Origin: Mobula hypostoma
Lineage: Eukaryota
Direction: 5' to 3'
DNA length: 64,000 nt
Assembly: GCF_963921235.1 (NCBI RefSeq)
Contig: NC_086116.1
Span: 29,016,001 to 29,080,000 of the forward strand
The notes below the pieces were generated by a model. It saw nothing but the letters and a program-made list of their open reading frames with translations, searched no databases and was not told the origin of the DNA. Both the position numbers and the translations under genes were made by a program. Numbering within the stretch: position 1 is the stretch's first letter; the number at the start of each line of letters is the position of its first letter. Of this stretch, positions 1 to 10,496 are shown piece after piece.

Positions 1-1894
1 TGAAGCTCTACAAGCAAGTTCAGTAACCTTTTATAGTTATTGCTGGTCTGAATTTTAGTAGAAATTATTTTAAATTACTTTCAACTGCAAGTTTAAAAAT
101 TGATTAGAGGTTAATTGAAGGTATTTGAAATTTACTACCTTCACAATTGGATATGACTCACTTGACCTTCAAATTGACTCATGAATGCGATACTTGCAAA
201 TTACAATCATGGAATGTCATAGAGGAGCTGTTAACTGTTGATGGCACAGCATAAGAAATAGGAGCAGGAATATTTTTGCAACAAGCAACTTACTGACGGC
301 TTGGAGGAAATTCAAATGGGTGCTACCTCAATGGAGAAACACACTCCATATTCAAGAGGCATTGACTGTGAAGAAAATACACAAGATAATATAGTCTGAA
401 AAGGGTTGCTGAAGTGAAAACACAACACAATAGAGGGCAAAAATAATAATACACAAGAATGTCAAAAGCCACTGAGCAAGTATCTCTCACAATCACTCAT
501 GATGATTGCAAAACTACTCAATCCAAGGCATCGAGACAGCTGTCATCAATCTGCTGATACATTTCATTAGGTAATAAACTATATTTGCTCTTCCTTGTAA
601 ATAGGCCACCAAGTGCTCTTCTGTTGTTCAGTTATCTTATTGTACATACAACATTTCATCTGTATTTTTAAATTACTAAATCAAATAATAAACATTTTCA
701 CTCTCGCAGAGGATTCCAGTCACCTCACTCTTTTGTGATTCTATTGTTCTGCCTTACAGTTGAAATGTCCCAAGACTCGAAATGTTCAATTATTCAGTTA
801 GTGTTACATTATTAATTAATCCTTCTTGATCACTTCGTTTACAAGGTGTAGCAGCAAAAAAAAAGACCCAAAATCAAAGCAAAACAATTGCCTCCAGGCT
901 GAAACCCCAGGCAGACTTGTTATACTTGAATGATGTTATACTCAGCTCCAAAGAAATGACTGTTCTAAAGAATTGAATGCTTTACTAGCAATTAGCAGAC
1001 ATACAATCTTGAAGTGACATTGAATGACATTGAGTGGTCAACAAAGGTATGACCTCCGTGGTCCTAAACTACAAACTGCCACAAAATAAACATGAATACG
1101 AAACTTATTCCTTTCACTTTTACCGCACCCCCAACATGACTAGTTACCATCATAAAGCGAATAAACACACATCACAGAAATCAAGGCTCCTACACAAGGA
1201 AAACTAAAACACTTCTGTAAGTCATCTTTGTCTTTCAAAAAATGCTTCAAATTTTCGATATGTATTTATAACTTCAGCACCCTTGAATTGCGAAGTATAA
1301 TATTACATTCAATATGGGTAGAGATGAGAAGAAATTTTCTGACCAACACACCATTCAAGCCTGGCCAGAGGTCACGGGGATGGATTTACTCTGTAATATA
1401 TACTGACTATTAGTGCTCTAAGCACTTTTACCTATACTGTATGGGTTATAAAATTTTTATGTCTTCTTTCTTTACTTGTGTCTGTTGCTTCCTATACTGT
1501 GTTAGCACAACATTGTGGACCAAAAAGCCTGTACTGTACTGCACTGTACTGTTCTGTGTTCTATGCTATCATAGTTAGTAATTATCAAGATGATAGGCGT
1601 CAACAGTGGAAGGAGTTAACAATGTTCTGGACCTCTACAGGCTTTCGACCGAGAAAAGCGCCTGAAGGAAAGGTAATGACATCATAATTTTGCACATTTT
1701 TGGCCCACTGCCTTTATTTGTAGCATGTGTGGCAGGAACTGTCAAACTAGAGTAGTCATCTTGAGCCACAGCAGAAAATGCTCACCCAACACTCAGATGA
1801 AAATAATGGTCCCATTGAATGAAAGGCTGCCATTACATAATAAAATAATTATCAAATGTTACCACTTCAATCTTTCACAGGGGAAGTCTCTCCT

Positions 1895-2488
1895 TGCGAC
1901 CCTTCGTTGGCTGAGGCCAACCATGGATGTTGCATGTCAGCTGTCTACATGATATGCAGACAGTACACAAACAAGCCAGGGCAGTACCATTTGGATAATA
2001 AGCTGTTGCCCATGCAGCAGGCTCTCCCTCTCCATGCAGCTGAAGAATCTAAAGGAATGACAGAGACTGATACAGTACGGCACCAGCGGTGTTACAGGAG
2101 CTGCGAGTCATTGTCGAACTCAATGTAAAACTTACGTAGGGACTCCAGCTCTGTACTTTTCCTTGGGGTTTACACCCAAAGCCTTCTTCACAAGTAGGTA
2201 TAGTAGCAGAGATCAGAGTTTTCCTTCTCTTTGATGAGCTGCCAACCATGGCGGACGAGACCCATCTACCCGAAACGACTGGTTTTAATGCGTCAGTAGC
2301 CTGCCGTTGCCCCTTGTCCTGTCAGTAGAAACAGTTCCACTGGGCTTATTAACTAAGCCACACATGAAGACCAGGAGTTGGACTTGGTTGTCAGAGGTTA
2401 TTTGCGGTGCATGCCATTGGGAGCATTTACTAGATAGTGGGAGTTTATCGCCACTACCTCCCATGGCTATGACAAGCTTAAGGAACCA
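1895..2488 (-). mobile_element. Non-autonomous retroelement, family A (probably RTE-derived: 5'UTR-like body plus RTE-type 3' end)
   Basis: Alignable by eye to copies at 31724-32097 and 45050-45600 (shared AAGCTGTTGCCCATGCAGC, GAATGGCAGAGACCGATACAGTTTGGCA, GATCAGAGTTTTCCTTCTC blocks). Non-coding. RTE origin is from recalled similarity only. Confidence 0.6.
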
Positions 2489-2659
2489 TAGGGAAAGTAA
2501 GGCTTGTTTAAGATGTTAAAATAGAGATTTGCTATATTGTTTATTTCATGACTCAAGGGAGCAACTACAGTATATGGAACTTTTATTTTGCAAGTAGAAG
2601 GCACAATTGCATAATTAAGAATCTTAGTAAATAAAAGTTAATAAGATCCTGTTGTGTCA

Positions 2660-3028
2660 TAGTTGGCTGAGAGGGTGGAGATACATCTCTACCAAAGGAA
2701 ATTCCTTCCCTCCTCTAGCCTGCAGGTCACCCTTGGCCAAGGTGTAGCACCTACTTAACCTCCACCAATCAGGGTCATGTGAAACCATAGGAGCAGGTGA
2801 TTGGTGGTCGTATGAGCAGCTAGTGTGTGTGTCACATGTCCTGGTTATGATACCAGGCAGGCAACTTCTGAAGAGCATTGATAGTGGCTGGGGTCACCCA
2901 TCTTGTAACGACATTACCCAGAAGAAGGCGGTGGCAAACCACTTCTGTAGAAAAATTAGCCAAGAGTAATCATGGTCATGAGACCATGATCACCCAGTTC
3001 ATATGACACGGCACATAATGATGATGAT
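2660..3028 (+). mobile_element. SINE-like element with RTE-type 3' end (family B)
   Basis: Ends GGCAAACCACTTCTGTAG...CATGGTCATGAGACCATG...(ATG)n tail, resembling RTE/BovB-associated SINE ends. Single copy in the window. Confidence 0.5.
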
Positions 3029-3122
3029 AGTATGCATTAGGAATTGTGACAACTCATAAAAAAATACACTCCTGCCTGTCTTCACTGCTTTATCTTGTAA
3101 ATTTCCACAAGAATACCCAAGT

Positions 3123-3194
3123 CATGATTACATAACTAACCAAAATAACATTTTTAGTAGAGTGAATGTTATTTTGGTTAGTTATGTAATCATG
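3123..3194. repeat. Perfect 30-bp inverted repeat with 12-nt loop
   Basis: CATGATTACATAACTAACCAAAATAACATT (3123-3152) is the exact reverse complement of 3165-3194. Confidence 0.95.
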
Positions 3195-3309
3195 CTAATA
3201 TACAGAGAGAAATTATGGAAATGGCAACAGAAGGTGCATCTTTGAAGATCATTTAGCTACTTACATTTCATGCCAGCTACTACTGCAAAAGGCAAAAACA
3301 AAACGCATT

Positions 3310-3510
3310 GCTCCTCTCTGCACCTTGTGGTTAATCAGCTGGCAACCTTGTCATTTCTTTAGCATTCTGTCCTTTTTTTATGAGGCCAAGTTGCTAGCTC
3401 GATGCTCAACTTAGCATGGATGGAAAGCATACAAGGAGCCAGCCAGATTCGAACCAGGGACCACTCACCTCAAAGTCCAGTACAAATGCCACTAGAGCAC
3501 TGGCCAGCAA
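3310..3510 (-). mobile_element. tRNA-derived SINE (decayed)
   Basis: Minus strand has an A-box-like TAGTGG and a B-box GGTTCGAATC near the 3510 end. Confidence 0.5.
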
Positions 3511-3906
3511 AAAGCAAAATGTCTATTTTAGCTACAAAAGCTGGGAAATTCATTCCCTACTATCAAAGTTTTATTTCCCTTTCTTATCACAGTTGTCTAT
3601 TTTTTATTTGTCTCCTTAAGGTCACTTTACATGCTTGTTTTTGATTGGAACACTATTCCTAATCATGTTCCCTTCTTCCTGTACTGTTTATTATGGATTT
3701 TTTCTATCATTAAGCAGTGCTTCATTATTTGGTTTTTCACTTGGAACTCTTTATTGGCTCCTTAAATTTCACCCTGCTGACTACATTTAGACCACCATAT
3801 ATTGACCTTCCCTAATAGCACTGTGAAAAGTGTTGATAAAATGTCTTCTCCAATCAATACGGTTCTGCTGTGGAAGAAGTGCACTGTATGCCTAACTACT
3901 GACTTA

Positions 3907-5452
3907 CAATACTCTGCAACAGCCTTAGACAATATATACGACCATAAGATATAGGAGGAGAATTAGGCCATTTGACCCATTTCATCGTGACTGATCCAAT
4001 TTTCCTCTCCGCCCCAATCTCCTGCCTTCCCTACCCACACCTCCCATATCCCTTCATGCCCTGACCAATCAATAATATATCAACCTCTGCCTTAAATATA
4101 AATGAAGACTTGGCCCCACAGCTGCCTCGCGGCAATGAATTCCACAGACTCACTACTCTCCAGCTAAAGAAATTCCTCCTCATCTCTGTTTGAAAAGGAC
4201 GGTCCCCTATTCTGAGGCTGTGATCTCTGGTCTTAGACACCCACGCCATAGGAAACGTCTCCTCCACATCCACTCTAGCAAGGCTTTTCACGATTCAATA
4301 GGTTCCAATGAGGTCATCCTTCACTCTTCTGAATTCCAGTGAATGCTGACCCAGAACTATCAAACACTCTTCGTATGACAAGCCATTTTATCGTGGGATT
4401 GTTTTTGTAAACCTCATTTGAACCCTCTCCAGTTTCAGCACATTCTTTCTAAGATAGGGGCCCAAACCTGCTTACGATACTCCAAGTGAGGCCTTACCAG
4501 TGCTTTATTAATCTCAGCATTACATGTTTACTGTTATATTCTAGTCCTCTTGGAATGAATGTTAACATCACATTTACCTTCCTCACCACAGACTCAACCT
4601 GCAAGTTAGCCTTGGGGGAACCCTGCACAAGGTCCTCCAAATACCTTTGCACCTCATTGTTTTGTATTTTCTGTCCATTTGGAAAGTAGTCTATCTTTTT
4701 ATTTTTTCTACCAAAGTGCATGACCATACCCTTACCAGCACTATATTCCATCTGTCATTTCTTTATTAATTTTCCTACTCTGTCTAAGTCCTTTTGTAGC
4801 CTCTCTGCTTCCTTAAAACTGCCTGTCCCTCCATCTATCTTTGTATCATCTGCAAACTTTACAACAAGGCCATCAATTCCACCATCCAAATCATTGACAT
4901 ATAACATAAAAAGAATCAGTCATAACACTGGTCCCTGTGAAACACCACTAGTCACCGGCAACCAATCGGCAAATGTCTCCTTTATTCCCATTCTTAGCTT
5001 CCTTCAATTAGCCACTATATATATAGTTAGTCTGCCTAAGACTTTTGCACAGTACCGTATTAGAGTGGAGAATGAGTGTGAAAATCTGGAGGTCAAAGGA
5101 TATTGGAAATGGTGTGGAGCAGACACACTCAGCCCTGAGACACCAGGCGAGATCATTTTATTTCAAACAATTGGTTTATTGATCATAACAGAATGTCTCT
5201 CTGGTGCTTCCTGCTCCCTCTACTCTCTCTTCCCCTCTTCCCAAACATGATTCCCCTCTCCCTGCCCCCTTCCCATTCTCAGTCCACAATAGAGACTCAT
5301 ATCAGAATCAGGTTTATCATCACTCAAATATGTCATGATTTATTTTTCTTGTGGCATCAGTACATTGCAATACATAAAATTACTACAATACTATGCAAAA
5401 GTCTTGGGCATCCAAGCTATATATATGTGCCTAGGACTTCTGCACAGTACTG
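3907..5452. mobile_element. Composite Tc1-like non-autonomous element (copy 1), left palindromic end split by a CR1 insertion
   Basis: TA-CAATACTCTGCAACAGCCTTAGACA (decayed TIR) at 3907; the other half of the left palindrome resumes at ~5016; right palindrome ends GCACAGTACTG at 5452. Interior matches the copies at 25779, 44205 and 56129. Confidence 0.75.
3939..5015 (-). mobile_element. CR1-clade LINE 3' fragment (decayed RT C-terminus plus 3'UTR)
   Basis: Minus ORFs with VMHFGRKNK, RGLEYNSK, MRRNFFSWRVVSLWNSLP; terminal CTTATGGT-type tail; inserted in a TATATA spacer. Confidence 0.9.
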
Positions 5453-6089
5453 CACTTATCCCATCAGTCATCTCCTTCCCCATCCGTAAAATACCCTTCG
5501 GCTTCCAAATTCACCTTATTAGCCACCTTAGAGCCCACAAAACTGACTGGAAACAAGTTATTCATGGTAGGAGACCAAAGAAGAAGACTAAATTCCTTCA
5601 TGTAAAGCTACTCCTTCAGTTAAGTTATTAACCACATGAAAAAGAAAAAAATATATACCAAAACAAATCCATTTTATAACCAACCATTCACAAGTGTGTC
5701 CGCTTGACACTGTTCAATTTGAAAATCATCCTTTGAATTATGACTCACCATATTAATTTGACAGCCATCTTCCTGCTCCCACAATTCTATGTTTGTATTT
5801 TCCCATTTGATACCACATTCTGAATTTCTATTTTAAATGATAAAAGTCATTGATGAAGCTTAGTTTGGTATGTGGAAAGCACATGATTATTTGAAATTAT
5901 GATGAGATTTACAGTGCTCTGATTCTTCTTCGGTATTTCTTCAGGATTGAGCAGGACATGCTTCATTCTATTTTTGAAAAGTGGATGATTCTAAAATTGC
6001 ATTGTATATTTTGCCATGACTGGCTGATGTGTATTTTAATCTCCAAATTAATGGCATGAATATTGATTTTGCCTTCCAATAAAAAAAAT

Positions 6090-6467
6090 CCTCCCCCTCC
6101 CTCTTCTTATATTCCCCATTCTGTCCTCTCACCTTTTCTCCTCACCTGCCCATCACCTTTCCCTGCTGCCCCTCCTTCTTCCCTTTCTCCTATGGTCTAT
6201 TTTCCTCTCCTATCAGATTCCTTCCTCACCAGCCCTTTACCTTTCCCTCACACCTAGCTTCGCTTATTAACTTCTAACTAGATCTCCTTCACCACCCCCT
6301 CACATTTTTATTCTGGGATCTCCCCCCTTCCTTTCCAATGCTGAAGAAGGGTTTTGGTCTGAAACATTGGCTCTTTTCATTTCCATAGATGCTGTCTGAC
6401 CTGCTGAGTTCCTCCAGCATTTTGTGAGTGTTGCTCTGGATTTCCAGCATCTGCAAAATCTCTTGTT
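6090..6467 (+). mobile_element. Penelope-like pseudo-LTR remnant with decayed hammerhead motif
   Basis: Pyrimidine-rich tract, then CTGAAGAAGGG...GAAACATTG and GATGCTGTCTGACCTGCTGAGTTCCTCCAGC...TTCCAGCATCTGCA, homologous to the termini of the elements at 50993 and 58135. Confidence 0.7.
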
Positions 6468-6669
6468 AATCTCCTTAGCCTGTTCACTTGCACTTTTGTA
6501 AGTCACATCCATAATTATCTGTATTCATTTTCTCCTTTGTGCCATTGTGCTCTATGTGGTTAACTCAAATATTAAACATTAAAATCATTTTCTTCTGTTT
6601 TTTGTTTTTCAGGTATTAAGCATTTCAGGATCTGTTCTCAGACCTAACTGTTTATCTCAGCTGCAATTA

Positions 6670-7060
6670 AGTTCAAAGTACGTTTGTTAATTGTATATTG
6701 TCACTCTGAGATGCATTTTCTTGTCGGCATGCTCAGTTATAGAAACAATGTAAGACTGCTCCAACTTGGACATTCAACCAGTGTGCAAAAGACAACAAAC
6801 TGCTCAAATACAAAATGGGAGTAATAATAATAATAAATAAGCAATAAGTATCAAGATCAAAAGATAAAGAGTCCTTGAAAGTGAGTCCTTAGGTTGTGGG
6901 AACATTTCAGTGATGGGGCAAGTGATGTTGAGTGAAGTTATCTCCTTTGGTTCAAAGGCCTGATGACTGAGGAGTAATAAGTGTTCTTGAACCTCGCCAT
7001 GTGAGTCCTGAGGCTCCTGAGGCTTTTTCCTGATGGCAGCCGCAAGAAGAGAGCATGACC
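6670..7060 (-). mobile_element. Rex1/Babar LINE 3' fragment
   Basis: Matches the 3' ends of the larger copies at 36030 and 61540. Confidence 0.7.
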
Positions 7061-7184
7061 TGTAAATCTCTTCGGCAGTCTCTCTAAGCTCTACAACGGG
7101 ATGACAAGATCTCAATGCAATACTTCAGATCCAACCTAAGTGATTTATAAAGTTGCAAGTAAGCTCAGTTTCTTAACTAAAAAA

Positions 7185-8700
7185 GGCATATATGTCACCA
7201 TACACAACCCTGAGATTCATTTTCTTGTGGGCATACTCAACAAATCTATAGAGTAATAACTGTGGCAGAATTAATTAAAGACTCCCCGACTAGGTCATTC
7301 TGCTAGGGTTCAGAAGACAACAAACTGTGTAAGCACGAAAACAAAGAAATAAGAAGAAGAAATAAATAAGTAATGAATATGAGAAGAAGAATCCTTTAAA
7401 GCAAGTCCATAGGTTGTGGGAACAGTTCAGTGATGGGGCAAGTGAAGCCGAATCAAGTTATCCCCTCTGGTTCAAGAACCTGATGGTTGTGGGGTTATTA
7501 CTGTTTTTGAACCTGGTGGTGTGAAGACTTCTGTGCCTTCTTCCTGATGGCAGCAACCAGCAGAAAGCATGATCTGGAGGTAGTCGGGGTCGCTGATGAT
7601 GTATGCTGCTTTCCTGCAACAATGCTTCGTGTAGATATGCTCAAAAGTGGGTAAGACATTACCCATGATGGACTATGCCATATCCACTGCTTATTGTAAG
7701 ATTTTCCATGAGACCATAAGACATAGGAGCAGAAGTAGGCCATTCAGCCCATCCAGCCTGCTCTGTCCTTCAATCATGAGCTGATCCAATTCTTCCAGTC
7801 ATCACCACTCCCCTGCCTTCTCCCCATACTCTTTGATGCCCTGACCAATTAAGAACCTGTCAGTCTCTGGCTTAAATACACCCAATGACTTGGACGCCAC
7901 AGCCGCTCATGGCAACAAATTCCACAGATTTACCACCCTCTGACTAAAGTAATTTCTCCACATCTCTGTTCTAAATAGATGTCCTTCAATCCTGAAGTCA
8001 TGCCCTCTTGCCTGAAGCTCATCTACCAAGGGAAATAACTTTGCCATATCTAATCTGTTCAGGCCTTTTAACATTCAGAATGTTTCTATGAGATCCACCC
8101 CCCCCCCTCCCTGCCCCATTCTCTTGAACTCCAGGGAATACAGGGAATACAGCCCAGGAGCTGCCAGATGTTCTTCATCTGGTAGATCATTCATTCCTGG
8201 AATCATTCTTGTGAATCTTCTCTGAACCCTCTCCAATGTCAATATATCCTTTCTAAAATAAGGAGCCCAAAACTGCACCCAATACTCCGTATAGTCTCAT
8301 GAGTGCCTTATAGAGCCTCAACAGCACACCCCTGCTCTTATAATCAATTCCTCTGGAAATGAATGGCAACATTGCATTCGACTTCTTCACCACCGGCTCA
8401 ACTTGGAGGTTAACCTTCAGGGTATCCTGCACAAGGACTCCCAAGTTTACATTTTGAATTCTCTCCCCATCTAAATAAGAGTCTGCCCATTTATTGCTTC
8501 CACCAAAGTGCATGACCATACACTTTCCAACGTTGTATTTCATTCAAAGGTATTGGTGTTTCCATACCAGGCTGTGATGCAGCTGCTCGTCAGCACACAC
8601 CTATAGAAGTTTGTCAAAGTTTTAGGTATCATGACGAATCTTTTTAAAATTGCTGACCCTCTCCACCTCTGATCCTTCTGGTTTCCTCCTCCTAAAGTCA
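7185..8700 (-). mobile_element. Rex1/Babar LINE fragment, split by CR1 at ~7706-8540
   Basis: KTLTNFYRCV...CITAWYGN peptide at 8540-8640; the sequence continues across the CR1 insert (TTTCCAT / TTTCATTCAAAGG). Confidence 0.75.
7706..8540 (-). mobile_element. CR1-clade LINE 3' fragment
   Basis: KYNVGKCMVMHFG and QFWAPYFRKDILTLERVQRRFTRMIPG peptides; CTTATGGT tail. Confidence 0.9.
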
Positions 8701-8823
8701 ACATATATTGTGTTACGTACCCCGTAACTGGGTTGCCAAACCAGCAGAAAGGGATCACTCAGTTGGAGTCTGGAGTACTAGAACTAAGAAAGTTTTATTA
8801 AAGAAGCAAGCAACACAGTAATC

Positions 8824-8990
8824 GCCTTAGATACATAGTGCTCTACAATAGCTCTGTGTATCTCCTCTCTCCTCATTGTCGACTTCACCTTAGCAAGATT
8901 CAACTGTTTGGCCACAGCTATCAATTCCGATTTCCTGGCATCCTCTAATGCCTCCAAGGTCGGCGCCTTTATAAATTCCTCAGCCTCCAT
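8824..8990 (-). pseudogene. Truncated gag N-terminus of the LTR element
   Basis: MEAEEFIKAPTLEALEDARKSELIAVAKQLNL... starts ~75 nt downstream of the primer site and is cut by the deletion into the 3' LTR. Resembles fish Gypsy gag N-termini (recalled). Confidence 0.65.
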
Positions 8991-9066
8991 TCCTGCTGTT
9001 TGTCTTTTCTTTCTTTCGGGAATTTTAACCCAATCAATTTACTCCGTCCCAAATTTAGCGTTCAAA

Positions 9067-9085
9067 ATCCCGGACGAGAACCCCA
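9067..9085 (-). promoter_or_regulatory. Primer-binding site complementary to the tRNA-Pro 3' end
   Basis: Minus strand TGGGGTTCTCGTCCGGGAT versus canonical PBS-Pro TGGGGGCTCGTCCGGGAT; 4 nt from the LTR end. Confidence 0.85.
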
Positions 9086-10496
9086 CTTATGTTACGTACC
9101 CCGTAACTGGGTTGCCAAACCAGCAGAAAGGGATCACTCAGTTGGAGTCTGGAGTACTAGAACTAAGAAAGTTTTATTAAAGAAGCAAGCAACACAGTAA
9201 TTGAAAGGATAATAAATGCAACAGTTCAGCGATGATAAACACACATGTGCACAGAATTAAGATAACAGCATCAATCAAGCTCTATCGTTGTCTAGGGGTA
9301 AATGACCAAATTTCAAAGTGACTCAAAGTTCAGTCCAGTTTAGTAGTTCAGTTCGCAGTAATCGTTGCCATGGCGATGGACAACATCAGGGGAGAGAGAG
9401 ACAGGGAACAGGAACAACTGATCATTCAGACACGGCTTCACTCACAGACCGGCGATATGGCTCACAAGCAGCTTTTGGGCGGGTCCTTGGTGATGTCACC
9501 TGACGTCACCGACTGTGACCCCTCCTCCAGATGCAGTCGATCCTCTGCAGTGAACCCGGCACCCAGGCAAGGGCGGACACACACCGGGTTCCCGCTGATC
9601 GTACCTTTCCACCCTGGCCGTCGTCTGGTACTTCCCACCGACTCGTGAGAAGCGTACCGCTTCCAGGGTCTCGTTACCTCGGGTGGCGTGTGTCACCTGC
9701 CTTAGCGAACCTGTCCCTTTTTATACCCCCGCTGGGGCATCGCCTGTCCACCACTTCAAACAGTTCAGGGTTCAAAGGGGGGAGCCGCTCCAGACAGCTC
9801 TCTCTCCCCCGTCCCTTCATTACACATCTCCAGACGCTGCTCTATTGTTCCTTATCTCTCCTTCCCCTGAGGGCAGGTGGCAGACCACTTGCTGATGTCA
9901 CTGATGCTAACCCAGGCCAGCAAACATCTTAATTTTATGTGTATTCTCGTCACAATTGTCCATTGTGCCTCCATCACTAAATGGTAAAGCAGAGAAGCAG
10001 GCAATTTGGCTCAGTCTGTACCAACTTCCAGCACTCTGACTTTAGCCCTCAACGTCTAACCCAGCATTTCTCAGCTGGGGTTCCGCGAGAGATCGTGTTT
10101 TAAAAAAATAAACATCGTCGTTTGAACTTCACGCAATGCACAATTCTAGCACTCACAGTAGTAGGCAGTGACCAAGCAGACACTTTAGCAATCTCGCTGG
10201 AGGTCTCTCAGCCCAATAGGGCAGTAGGGCCGTGTTTATTTGTTTGAGCCCATTCTCAGTTTTTGACGCAAGGTAGGAGAGATTGTTGATAATTGGTGAT
10301 CACTGTTTTGCACGGGGGGTGGGAGGGGGGAGTATGGAAAGCTGATGAGGAGTGTGAAGTGAGTTTTCCAAGCATTAAATAGACTCTCCCATTTTTGTAT
10401 TTTGTTTTCCCCTGTGTTGTACAGACATGTCTGATGGGCCAATGTGATGATTGTTGAATTACAATCTTCTGAGTTATTTCACTTCACTAGTGCAGC

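Larger units (their letters stand above)
8711..9954 (-). mobile_element. Internally deleted Gypsy-type LTR retrotransposon: full 5' LTR (9090-9954), primer-binding site, gag start, last 112 bp of the 3' LTR
   Basis: TG...CA termini; 4-bp TSD ATTG at 8707-8710 and 9955-9958; 8711-8822 is identical to 9090-9201; AATAAA on the minus strand in both LTR ends. Confidence 0.9.

Noticed and set aside
6585-6620. Strong pyrimidine tract with AG|GT (possible recursive splice site)
   Set aside because: The regenerated donor GTATTA is weak, and there is no convincing downstream exon.
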